Shown here piece by piece: positions 1 to 11,492 of a DNA stretch of 64,000 nucleotides. Position 1 is the stretch's first letter; the number at the start of each line of letters is the position of its first letter. The notes beneath the pieces were generated by a model. The model saw only the letters and a list, made by a program, of their open reading frames with translations, had not been told where the DNA came from and ran no database searches. Location: positions 118,606,001-118,670,000 of the forward strand of contig NC_042997.1 in the NCBI RefSeq assembly GCF_006345805.1, read 5' to 3'. The stretch is from Octopus sinensis (Eukaryota). A program made the position numbers and the translations under genes.

Positions 1-291
1 GAAGGGCGGAGGAGAGTTGTGCCCATGTGGCGCAAAGGAGCGAAGAGAGAAGATTAATCCCTGTTCACAGCGCAAACTGGAGTCCGGATGAATCTTAGGA
101 TAAGCGGTGATCGTCATTACCCTCTGTCACGTTTGTGACCTCTATTAATTTTGTGATTAGGTTCTAATCGCTAATACGGCAATTATACACACACACAAAC
201 ACACACAAACGCACACACACACAGAGACGCACGCACACTAACACACGCACACACATATATATATATATATATGTATAAATATATACAAAAG

Positions 292-547
292 AAAATATAG
301 GAAATGGAGATGTAGCATTAATATAATTTATTAACTGCAAGAATCCAACATTTTCTCTTGCAGCTGTTTGAATTTAGGCTAATGACTAAATTACCATAAT
401 TACATCATCTGATGAGATTTTGCCTCATACAATGATGTAGGTTATTGCAATTTAATCTTTAGGCTAAACTGAAACAGGTGTAAGAGAAAATCTATTTTTG
501 CAGTTAATAATTTACATTAATGCTATACCTCTATTTTCTAAATTTTT
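292..547. repeat. Degenerate foldback (long inverted repeat, about 255 bp), MITE-like or Penelope pLTR-derived
   Basis: Left arm aaaatataggaaatggagatgtagcattaat...ctgtttgaatttaggcta matches the reverse complement of taggctaaactgaaacaggtgtaagagaaaat...ttttctaaattttt; the inner arms attaccataattacatcat / atgatgtaggttattgcaat also pair. Confidence 0.85.
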
Positions 548-621
548 GTTTGAATATTTATAAACCAAGATTTATAATTATATTGGCTATTATTATCCCT
601 TAATGGGGTTATTTTAAACTC

Positions 622-657
<36 letters not shown>

Positions 658-669
<12 letters not shown>

Positions 670-870
670 ATCCAAACAAGAAAGCACAAAAAAACACAAC
701 AACGCGAGGACGTGGAACAAATATAGTATTATTGGACGCTCAGGAAAGAAGAAAAGAAGCTCTTCGTCGGAACATAGGAGAAGGAAAGATCCTGAGAAGG
801 GAAGACAGAGGAAAAAATCGCCAACGGTACACACGTGGTCACATTCCAAGTGTGCTATTATTAGAAGACC
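658..870. mobile_element. Fragment of a dispersed repeat (probably Penelope-like terminal region); other copies at 1505-1720 and about 9939-10110
   Basis: The block ttaatccaaacaagaaagcacaaaaaaacacaacaacgcgag..gtggaacaaatatagtattattggacgctcag recurs three times, always next to (TA)n. The Penelope assignment is inference from partial HHR-like pieces. Confidence 0.5.
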
Positions 871-1176
871 TGGTTTGTTACACTGTAGATGTAATATGGT
901 GTGTCTAACAAGATATATTGTAACTTCTTAAAAGCTTCTTTGGTGGAGGAACAACGTAAGACAATAAGTAGTGGCAAATGGCACTAAAATAGTAACCGAA
1001 GGGGAAAAATCTTGAGAAATTCAGAATCATTCTCAAGGAATTATCCTGATAAGGGAATCGATGTATCAAATTTCAAGGAAGAATAATGGGCCTATTTTTC
1101 AGTTTAAAATAAGCGTCATCTGTGAAATATTTCACTTGTCACCTTGCAGAGAGAAGCTGACAATTCATATCCAACA

Positions 1177-1234
<58 letters not shown>

Positions 1235-1412
1235 TACACAAACACGCACACACACACACTCACACTTGCACACACGCACATATACACTCACACACAAACA
1301 CACACCACCGCGCGCACACTAGCACTCACAGACACAAAATACACTGATGCACAATTATATAAACGTCTGTAGCGAACAATATGTTAACATATGAATCATA
1401 ATTCTACACACG

Positions 1413-1444
<32 letters not shown>

Positions 1445-1457
1445 CATATATACATAT

Positions 1458-1499
<42 letters not shown>

Positions 1500-2024
1500 A
1501 TATAGTTAGTTAGTTAATCCAAACAAGAAAGCACAAAAAAACACAACAACGCGAGGACGTGGAACAAATATAGTATTATTGGACGCTCAGGAAAGAAGAA
1601 AAGAAGCTCTTCGTCGGAAACATAGGAGAAGGAAAGATCCTGAGAAGGGAAGACAGAGGAAAAAATCGCCAACGGTACACACGTGGTCACATTCCAAGTG
1701 TGCTATTATTAGAAGACCTGGTTTGTTACACTGTAGATGTAATATGGTGTGTCTAACAAGATATATTGTAACTTCTTAAAAGCTTCTTTGGTGGAGGAAC
1801 AACGTAAGACAATAAGTAGTGGCAAATGGCACTAAAATAGTAACCGAAGGGGAAAAATCTTGAGAAATTCAGAATCATTCTCAAGGAATTATCCTGATAA
1901 GGGAATCGATGTATCAAATTTCAAGGAAGAATAATGGGCCTATTTTTCAGTTTAAAATAAGCGTCATCTGTGAAATATTTCACTTGTCACCTTGCAGAGA
2001 GAAGCTGACAATTCATATCCAACA

Positions 2025-2082
<58 letters not shown>

Positions 2083-2260
2083 TACACAAACACGCACACA
2101 CACACACTCACACTTGCACACACGCACATATACACTCACACACAAACACACACCACCGCGCGCACACTAGCACTCACAGACACAAAATACACTGATGCAC
2201 AATTATATAAACGTCTGTAGCGAACAATATGTTAACATATGAATCATAATTCTACACACG

Positions 2261-2292
<32 letters not shown>

Positions 2293-2308
2293 CATATATA
2301 CATATACA
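658..2308. repeat. Direct tandem duplication, unit about 848 bp, bounded by (TA)n
   Basis: Identical ORFs at 1061 and 1909 (offset 848). The copies start gttagttagttaatccaaacaag at 658 and 1505 and differ by a homopolymer indel (cggaac vs cggaaac). Confidence 0.95.
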
Positions 2309-2362
2309 TATATATATATATATATATGCACAAATACATACATACATGCATACATACATACA

Positions 2363-2456
<94 letters not shown>

Positions 2457-3021
2457 GTATGGTGTTGCAAAAAAAAATTATCTCGCATATCTGAGCGATG
2501 TGTGAATGTCTGTAGCGTATTCCCAAAAGACACCATCAACAATCTTCATCAGCTTCGTCATCACTTATTTTTCTGCGAAACAAAAACATATGATCGTACG
2601 ATTGTTAGGTAAAAATATCAATATGTTCTAGACTTATCTATGTTTCCAGCACACATACTTATGTACCTGTATGTGTGTATGTATCTATGTATGTATGCAT
2701 GTGTATGTGCGTATGTATGAATATATGCATGTGTGTGTGTATTTATGTATGAAACTGAGATGCAGTAGAACAAAGCATAGTATTTATGATTTGTGTAACT
2801 CATTACGCACTGATCTTTCTGTAAATAAATGTTGAAATAAGGACACCTACGCATATATTTGCCTTTCGCGATGTACACAGATATATCTCTCTGTGTTTAA
2901 TGTTCTTCAAATATAAAATCAAACACATATACGTAAGCTTATATATTAGGCGAGTACATACACATAAAATATAGACATACACTACGCGGGTACATCCACG
3001 TAATATATATATATATATATA

Positions 3022-3249
3022 TATTTCTTTATTGTCCATAAGGGGCTAAACACAGAGGGGACAAACGAGGACAGACAAAGGGATAAAGTCGATTACATCG
3101 ACCCCAGTGCGAAACTGGTACTTTGTTTATCGACCCCGAAATGATGAAAGGATAAGTAGACCCCGGCGGAATTTGAACTCAGAACGTAATGGCAGACGAA
3201 ATACCGCTAAGCATTTCGCCCGGCGCGCTAACGTTTCTGCCAGCTCGCC
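3022..3249 (-). mobile_element. tRNA-derived SINE, family A
   Basis: Reverse complement of the recurrent block ggcgagctggcagaaacgttagc...gttctgagttcaaattccgcc...gataaa..agtaccagtt..cactggggtcgatgtaatcgac...tttagcccct, seen more than ten times in the window. Confidence 0.85.
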
Positions 3250-3297
3250 TTATTATTTATTTATATATTTATTTATATATTATATATATTATATATA

Positions 3298-3429
<132 letters not shown>

Positions 3430-3513
3430 TATATATCAACGTCGCCACTGACGTCTCTGTTCGAAGGCTTATATTTACCTAGTTTCAGTGGAATACATCC
3501 ACTTGTTTTCAAT

Positions 3514-3860
3514 AATAGAAATATTAAAATTACTAAGTCTCTATAAAAGAGATTACGACAGCGTTTACTGGGAATTAATTGTTATCGCCATATTAATATG
3601 GCATTCTTATAAATATAAGAATACGCGCTGGCTGGTCAGCTCCATGAGGCCACCGCCTTAAGATAGCTATTGATACACGATCTGTATCCATTATAACCTT
3701 CGAACAAGGGAGCTATCTTAAGGCGGTGGCCTTATGGAGCTGACCAGCGGCAGCGATTATTCTTATATTATAAGAATGCCATATTAATGGCGATAACAAT
3801 TATTTCCAGTAAACGCTGTCGTAATCTCTTTATAGAGACTTAGTATTTTAATATTTTATT
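3514..3860. repeat. Near-perfect foldback, arms about 150 bp with a 42 bp spacer
   Basis: aatagaaatattaaaattactaagtctctat...gccttaagatagct (3514-3668) pairs with agctatcttaaggcgg...agagacttagtattttaatattttatt (3711-3860). Confidence 0.92.
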
Positions 3861-3870
3861 ATATATATAT

Positions 3871-4040
<170 letters not shown>

Positions 4041-4237
4041 CGATTATCGATAAACTGGTTTTATTAATATAAATATATACGTACGTTTCTATCTTAATGT
4101 ATATATATATGTATATATATATAAGAGAGTGGTCACTATATGCTCATCTAGCACCAGTTATCCAGGTTTCAACCACGATATGTTTCCCATAGTCAGTACG
4201 ACTGTTAGCTCACACGGACAGGCAAATCCAGATTATT

Positions 4238-4305
4238 TTGGGACAATTGTTTCGCTAGAATGAATTAATTGTACTTACAAAAAACCATTTGTAGTCGTCA
4301 GCCAA
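4238..4305 (-). ncRNA. Hammerhead ribozyme motif, array copy 1
   Basis: ttgg CTGACGA cta...tagc GAAAC aatt GTC/ccaa; one base (G10.1) is missing relative to the consensus. Predicted cut 4242/4241. Confidence 0.65.
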
Positions 4306-4721
4306 GACATCTGATGAAATCCACTCATCACACGCCAGATTTTACCATAACGATAAATACGCGTGTGGTTCAAATGATTAAATCCGACGTATATGCAATG
4401 CCCCAACCAACAGCGCGCCAAACTCTACGGATACATCATTTGAATGCAGCATAATTATAATAATATGTGAGAGAATTAGATACAATTTAATAGTATATTT
4501 ATTCAACACCAATAGTGTACGAGAAACCTGGATTATTATAATATTTTTATAACATATTATAATATTTTAAATAAATATAGAGAGTGGTCACTATATTGCT
4601 CACTCTAGCACCAGTTAATCCAAAAGGTTTCAACCACGAAATACATGTTTCCCATGAAGTCAGTACGACTGTTAGCTCACCGGACAGGGCAAATAAAAAA
4701 ATAACAAAAATACAGATTATT

Positions 4722-4790
4722 TTGGGACAATTGTTTCGATTAATGAATTAAATGTAATATTACTTACAAAAAATCCAGCTCGTCAGCCAA
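4722..4790 (-). ncRNA. Hammerhead ribozyme motif, array copy 2
   Basis: ttgg CTGACGA gct...atc GAAAC aatt GTC/ccaa; core intact, 3' strand of stem II has a small deletion. Predicted cut 4726/4725. Confidence 0.65.
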
Positions 4791-5217
4791 GAATCTGGAT
4801 GAAATCCACTCAATCACACGCCAGATTTTACCATAACGGTTAAATACACGTGTGGTTCAATTGATTACATCCGACGTTTAATCAATGCCCCAACCAACAG
4901 CGCGCCAAACTCTCACGGAAACAAATACATCATTTAAAATAAACATAATTATAATTAATTAATAAGGGTGAGAATAGATACTAATTTAAAGTATATTTAT
5001 TCAACACCAAGTGGCTAGTACGAGAAACCTGATTATTATAAATTTTATAACATATTATAATATTACAAAATAAATATAAGAGAGTGGTCACTATATTGCT
5101 CACTCTAGAACCAGTTATCCAAAAGGTTCAACCACGAAAAAACTGTTCCCATGAAAGTCAGTACGACTGTTAGCTCACACGGACAGGCAAATAAAAAAAT
5201 AACAAAAATACAGATAT

Positions 5218-5291
5218 TTGGGACAATTGTTTCGCTATTAATGATTAAATGTAATATTACTTACAAAAAATCCGTTGTAGCTCGTCGCCAA
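5218..5291 (-). ncRNA. Hammerhead ribozyme motif, array copy 3
   Basis: ttgg C-GACGA gcta...tagc GAAAC aatt GTC/ccaa; stems intact, U4 missing. Predicted cut 5222/5221. Confidence 0.65.
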
Positions 5292-5540
5292 GACTATCTG
5301 GATGAAATCACTCAATCACACGCCAGATTACCATAACGGTTAAATAAACGTGGGTCAATTGATTACATCCGACGTTAAATTCAAATGCCCCAACCAACAG
5401 CGCGCCAAACTCTCACGGAAAACAATACATCATTTAGAAATAAATGCAGCATAATTATAATTAATTAATAAGGGTGAGAGAATTAGATACTAATTTAATA
5501 GTATATTTATTCAACACCAAGTGGCCTAGTGCTATGTATA

Positions 5541-5579
<39 letters not shown>

Positions 5580-5718
5580 CGATTACATCGACCCCAGTAC
5601 GAAACTGGTACTTTATTCATCGACCCCGAAATTATGAAAGGAAAAGTAGACCCAGGTGGAATTTGAACTCAGAACGTAATGACAGACGAAATACCGCTAA
5701 GCATTTCGCCTGGCGCGC

Positions 5719-5721
<3 letters not shown>
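5580..5721 (-). mobile_element. tRNA-derived SINE family A, partial
   Basis: gattacatcgaccccagtacgaaactggtac...gaatttgaactcagaacgt...gcatttcgcctggcgcgctaa. Confidence 0.8.
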
Positions 5722-5757
<36 letters not shown>

Positions 5758-5892
5758 TAGCAGCATGTAAGAGTATGTAAGAGCCCCTAGTAGGCAACGA
5801 CTAATCCCAATCTAGTCCTTTCCCTCTAGGGAACGAAGGCGCATGTGTAGGTTGCAATGTCTTCTCTTCACTCAAATACATCTGTGTATACG

Positions 5893-7165
5893 ATGTTCCT
5901 AGCTGTCCCTTTGGGCGAAAACATGAAAACATCATTGCGCCTCCCAACGCGTGAACAGCCCACGTAGAGTTGACCGTGGGCCAAGCACTGTTCGCCCAAA
6001 TGTAACCCAGCGATTGGAGCGTTTGGCCTTGGGATTTATTGATGGACATTGCAGAGTTTAACAGGAAATTGAGAACGCCTGAAGTGGATTGGTAGGTCAG
6101 CACCCGAGGGTTGAAGGTGCATGCGTGGAATGAAGACGTCCTTTCCCTTACCACAACCGGTAACTATTGTGGCCGTTATTAAATGTGGTGCCAAATGTTT
6201 CACCACCAGACGTGTGCCGTTGCACTGTTTAGGTGGAACCAAATTCCTGATGAGCATAATGGGCGCACCGACTTTTAACTACAGGATGTGTGGCGGCAGG
6301 CCTGGCGGTTCAAGTGAATTCAGGAATTCAACAGGATAATCGGCAAGCTCGGCGGTGTCTGCTGTCCTATCTATAGATTTGTAGACGTGGACATCACCAG
6401 GAATAGCTTCAAGTAGCAGGATATTGATGGAGTTGACGGTTGTATTTTTGGGTGCGAGAATAGCTCTGGCTGCCAGCCATTTTAGGTCGCGTAAATTGTT
6501 TTGTAGGTCGTGGAAGACAGCATCCCGGAGTCTAGCAGGGGTGTCGACAGTGGTGCAAAATGAGTCCAATTGAACGCAGCCATCCGCATCAGCTGGCATC
6601 CTATTTTCACCGAGCGATAAAAGGTCCCTGGAGAATGTAGCGGATCCGCTGTCACCAATCAACTGCGCGCGCATGTTAGTTTAGAGGTGCAAGGGCCGCA
6701 CATGTGCCTAAAGAGCTGACGACTTAAGGCACGCGCGCACGGCATCGGCACGGGTTCCTTTTGGAATAACAGGTAGAGTCTGCCTGAAGTCTCCTGAAAG
6801 AGGTAAAGTCAATCCTCTCATGGGGTCCGTAGAGTCTCTGATCTCTTGCAGGGACCTGTCCAGTGCCTCAAGGGCGTCTTTGTGTGCCATAGTGCACTCG
6901 TCCCATACGGTGAGTTTGCATCTGTGCAGAATGTCGGCCTGTTCTGCGTTCTTGGCGATGTTGCAGATGGGTGACTCGGACTTTGCCAGATGGAGCGGGA
7001 GTCTGAAGGCAGAGTGGGCGGTTCTGCCACCCGGAAGCAACGTGGCCGCGATACCAGAGGAAGTTACAGCCAGGGCAATGTCCGTGTTGCGTCTGACCTC
7101 CGCCAGAATTAGTTTCGTGACGAAGGTTTTGCCAGTGCCGCCAGGTGCGTCAAGGAAGTAAATCC
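5893..7165 (-). pseudogene. Helitron PIF1-family DNA helicase, split over several frames
   Basis: Motifs DAPGGTGKTF (Walker A), AATLLPGGRTAHSAF, VWDECTM, SGDFRQTLPV, ILAPKN, EFLNSLEPPGLPPHIL, CNGTRLVV, FRRSQFPV, AMSINKSQGQTL, HGQLYVGCSRV. Confidence 0.93.
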
Positions 7166-7204
7166 TCCCCCACGTTGCTGTCTGACAGAGTCTACGATGG
7201 TGTT

Positions 7205-7984
7205 TTAGGCTATGCGCTTGTCTGGAAGCAGTCGTGGTTCATTATCTTGGACGTACTGGTGCAGTTCCTCAATGCAGTAAGACGTTTCGCGTATCAATTC
7301 AGCAGACATAACATTGGTGTGTTCACGTGTGGGTGGTGGAAGGCCGTACTCTGTTAAAGCAGAGCCACCCATATTGATGACAGCGTCTTCGAGTTGAATA
7401 AAGGCAAAATTGTAAATGAAGTTGGTGAACGTGATCTCGGCGGAAGGGCAGTGTTGCTGAGCCGTACGTAAGAAGTACTGCGACATGTCATCCCTGTATT
7501 TCATCCAGAGACTTAGTGGGTCACTAAGCTGACATTTTTGAAGAAGGATTGCGAAAAGATGTCGTAGCCATGGCTGTGTTTGCGGCGTTAGCAGCTTGGC
7601 GAGTTCTCCTCTGCTGTGAGGTTTCGACAGATCGTGTCCTGGTGGTGCTAGCGGCGTTAGCCGCATTCCGAATGGCCCTTTGTTCGGGGTCTCGCGAGCT
7701 CTGCGGATAGAAGCACAGGAAGAAGCCCGCATGTTTTGGCTGGACTGTTGCTCTTTCGTCAACCTCGAGCGGAGGGAAGATCTGTACGCTGCGGCCCTTG
7801 CAAGTCGGGTAGAACGGTCGCTAGTAGTTTCAGATGCCTGAGCAGCGGCAGAACGGGAAGCTTTTTGCGAGAGGCGCAAGGCGGTTTCCTCGTGGGTCTC
7901 GCGTGCCCTTCTAGCCCTAGCAGCCGATGCCTTGGCCGTCTGAGGGCTGAGTAGGATCCTTCTCTTCTTGGGTGGCATTTTGGT
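7205..7984 (-). pseudogene. Helitron N-terminal basic repeat region fused directly to the pre-helicase linker
   Basis: MPPKKRRILLSPQTAKASAARARRARETHEE... followed by LRHLFAILLQKCQLSDPLSLWMKYRDDMSQYFL...YVQDNEPRLLPD; no HUH Rep motifs in between. Confidence 0.75.
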
Positions 7985-9058
7985 GGATAGCAATGTGTTT
8001 GGCAAAGGTCTAATAAAAAGGAACACGTGGGGTAAGTATCCCAAAATGTATAAAAATGTACAAAAACGGCAAAAAAGCGGGCAGCAATGTGAGTGGCAAC
8101 AACGAAAAAGCGAAAAGTGACCAAACTGAACAAACGAATGGAAAAGGTTTTTTGGTGCATACGACAAAAGCGGCTTATAATAAACCAAGAGTTTGCAAGT
8201 AGCGTCCGAGGACCCTTAGGGTACGTCAAAAATTTAAGGTAAAACGTTTGGGGTGGTAGTTATAAAGAAAGTTTAAACAAAAAAAAGTATTCGAATAACT
8301 TGCGGCTGCAGCAGCTATTAGCAGAAGTGGCGGTGTTGGGGGTAAAATCTCGAATGTAATTTCTTCCTGGTAGGAATTGGTTGGGTTGAATTATCGATAA
8401 CAGTTTGATAGTTATTTCAGAGTGTAAGAGTTAAAAAGGTCGAGTTGCGTCCCCTAGACAGTCTGTGGTTTGTGTTAAATACACAAATTGGTTTGCTATG
8501 TGTGCCACATATGATTTAATTAACCGATTTTTTCCAGTAATAAAGTATCTTATTGGAATAAAAAGGGCCACATAGCTCCTTGGAGCAGACATGATGCTCG
8601 CTGTGAATTTAAAAAAAAATTCCTGCCAATTTGTGAAAGATATTGTCGAAAATATGTCATCTTGAATTTGAACGCGATTTCCCAAAAGGGCATGATTTTA
8701 TCGATTTTTACTGATAGTAAGGTATTGCATGGAAAACTAACGTCAGAATTAAGTTCCTGAGGGTAACATTAAGCTTCACCATGAGTTTGGTGAAAATCGA
8801 TTGCAAGTTGCGAAAACTACAACAGAAAATGTGTTGCATATAAAAAGCTTAGATTCTGGATCCCATGTTGAATTTATCAATTTTTCTTCAGAACTGGGGG
8901 AACTTTTCGAAATTTTTGCTGCGTTAGTTTTGAATTATGACATTGGGCAAGTTTCATCAGAATCGGTTGAAAGCCGTGGTCAGGGTGAGGGTACAACCAG
9001 ACAGACACACACACAGACACACAAACAGACAAACTGCCGTTCATATATATATAGAGAG

Positions 9059-9103
<45 letters not shown>

Positions 9104-9176
9104 TGTGTATATATACATATATATTGTTATATTTTGGAATGGTCATTTTGCCAGTTTAGCCAATAAATATATAAAC

Positions 9177-9225
<49 letters not shown>

Positions 9226-9904
9226 AATGTGTGTGTACAATAACTGGTAACGTTTCACAAATTGGAGGGAAATAGGAGACAGAAAATTGGGCACGTGAGG
9301 GATTACAATAGGTAGACAAAATAAATTCAAAAGCTAGTGGACAAAAAAAAACAACATACATCTACATAAAGTTATATCAGTCGAAGAAAGAAAGAAGTGA
9401 AAATTGAACTAAGGATTCGGATAAAACTTACATGAAATTGCAAGAACACAGAGAAGAGGGATGCAAAAAAAAAAAAGAAAAAGAAACAATAGATGAAACG
9501 ATAGCTTTTTAAAGTAGTTGTTTAGTTTTCGATTACATATTGTTGTACGTGCTTTGGAACAGAAGTAGAAAGACAGACACCGTGGCGCTCAGAGTAAATG
9601 GAGATCACGTAATGGATTAAATGGTGGTATGAGCGAGTAGGTGAGCGCTTAAGTTGAAAGAAGGGATTAGTGTTGAAGGGCACGATTGAAGAGGTTGAGA
9701 AGGAAGGAGAAGGTATTTCAGGAGATGGTTAAGGGCGTTTAAAATCCGTGTAAATGTGTGTGCTTGTACTCGCATTTGAATAACAATATGAGTGAGTTTG
9801 TATGCGAGCATGTGTGTGAGTGATGAGAGTAGTAATGAAGTTGTTTGTATGTATGCTGTTATGTGTTCCCGTGTGATATATTTAGTTAAAGAGGATATAT
9901 ATAT

Positions 9905-9938
<34 letters not shown>

Positions 9939-10351
9939 GTTAATCCAAACAAGAAAGTACAAAAAAAAAACACAACAACGCGAGGGCGTGGAACAAATAT
10001 AGTATTATTGGACGCTCAGAAAAGAAGGAGGGTTTAAAGTTTCGAGCGGAGAGATCCAGAGAAGAGAAGACAGAGGAAAAAATCGCTAACGGTACACACG
10101 CGGTCACATTTTGAATATATATATATATATATATATTCTATATGAGTTTGTGTATGTGCGTCTGTGTGTATAGAGGTGAGTTAAGTTAGAGGTTATAACC
10201 ACAGTCTAACTGACACTTGTATCTAATGAATAACCTGGTGTCTTACCTGTATGTGATCATGTGTATTAGTATTAATGCTCATAAATGGCAAGTAAGGAAA
10301 AGAATAAACCAAATTTTATCTATGTTTAAGGAAAATAAGAAAATGGAGATA

Positions 10352-10520
10352 AAATTGATAATTGATAAACATCAACTATCATTTATTGACAAAATCTCAT
10401 CTGACAGCTGTTTCTGTTGGTGCTATTTACTTTAAATAGCGCTAACAGAAACTGGTGTCAGATGAAATTTTGTCACTTTTGTAATCAATAAATGAGTTGA
10501 TGTTTATCGATTATCAATTT
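10352..10520. repeat. Foldback of about 170 bp
   Basis: aaattgataattgataaacatcaac...catctgacagctgtttctgttggtgctattt pairs with aaatagcgctaacagaaactggtgtcagatg...gttgatgtttatcgattatcaattt. Confidence 0.85.
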
Positions 10521-10563
10521 TGTGTTCCTTTTCTTTCTCTCTTTACATCTGTCCCTCTCTGTC

Positions 10564-10620
<57 letters not shown>

Positions 10621-11431
10621 CGAGCAACACGCCCCCGTCCAATGGACGGTGCTGAGTTGTCAAATATTTAAATCGAATTTTCTCAAAACAACTTGTCCCA
10701 TAGGACTCCTCTTTGAGAAACACCGATTTAACCTAAATTTAAGACATTAGGAAAAGAAGAAATAAAGATAGAGTCTTTTCTATTCTAAAGAAAAACGATT
10801 TTATTCACACAAATATGCAACCGAAGAGTTTAAAGTACCAGTAATGATAAGGCTGTTGACTGGGAAAAAACAAACATGGTTTAAACAGTAAGCTTGGCAG
10901 GAAAGAAAACGTGCCTTTAAGCAGTACAAAAGCAGCAAAAAATGGAAGGTGCAGTTATGTACAGGTTGACGGAAGAAAAGCAGGACAAAAACGATGCATG
11001 CAAATAGGTTAGCTGGAGGTAGAACTAGTTGGAAAAGCATGATGAATTTATGAGAACGTACCTGGGACAATATTTAGGTTATCCGATAAAACATGTAGGA
11101 AATCAACTTGGGGCGATTTTTTTTAAAGAGCAACAACCTAGGGAACTAAGTAACTAGTTTTAAGCTAACTTACTTTACGGGATGTTGAAGGGCATGGAAA
11201 TGTTAGTGGATCGCAGCCTTGTAAACCACATTCCTGAAGTACTTACGCGTACAAATGCACGTTCCCACGGCTTTATCAATCGCATTCTCGCCTTGAATCG
11301 ATTTTTGTAATTTTTACAAGACTTATACACACCTGATACCGTCGGTATCTACATATCAAATTTGAGCGCAATCCGATGGAGGATGCCCGATATCCTAGAA
11401 GACACACACAGAGACAGGACGGATTTTATAA
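10621..11431 (-). mobile_element. Non-autonomous Helitron-like element, copy 1
   Basis: The minus-strand 3' end has the hairpin ccgtccattggacgg followed by gggcgtgttgCTCG|T; the 5' end reads tataaaatccgtcctgtctctgtgtg...atcggattgcgctcaaatttga, the same style as other Helitron 5' ends here. The terminal TC is not visible. Confidence 0.65.
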
Positions 11432-11444
11432 TATATATATATAT

Positions 11445-11491
<47 letters not shown>

Positions 11492-11492
<1 letters not shown>

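Larger units (their letters stand above)
4124..5530 (-). mobile_element. Tandem array of about 2.9 monomers (about 490-500 bp), each carrying a type I hammerhead ribozyme; retrozyme-like
   Basis: Units start agagagtggtcactata at 4124, 4579 and 5079. Minus-strand consensus: ttgg-CTGACGA-gcta-(AT-rich loop)-tagc-GAAAC-aatt-GTC-ccaa. Confidence 0.8.
5757..9059 (-). mobile_element. Helitron, about 3.3 kb, internally deleted (no Rep domain), frameshifted helicase
   Basis: The minus strand begins A|TCTCTCTATATATATATGAACGGCAGTTTGTCTG and ends ...GCTGCTAG|T; it contains PIF1 helicase coding segments. No strong subterminal hairpin was found. Confidence 0.85.

Noticed and set aside
760-800. CCGACGA agagc on minus in the 658/1505 repeat
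   Set aside because: The GAAAC half is missing in these copies; the 10020 copy has only the other half.
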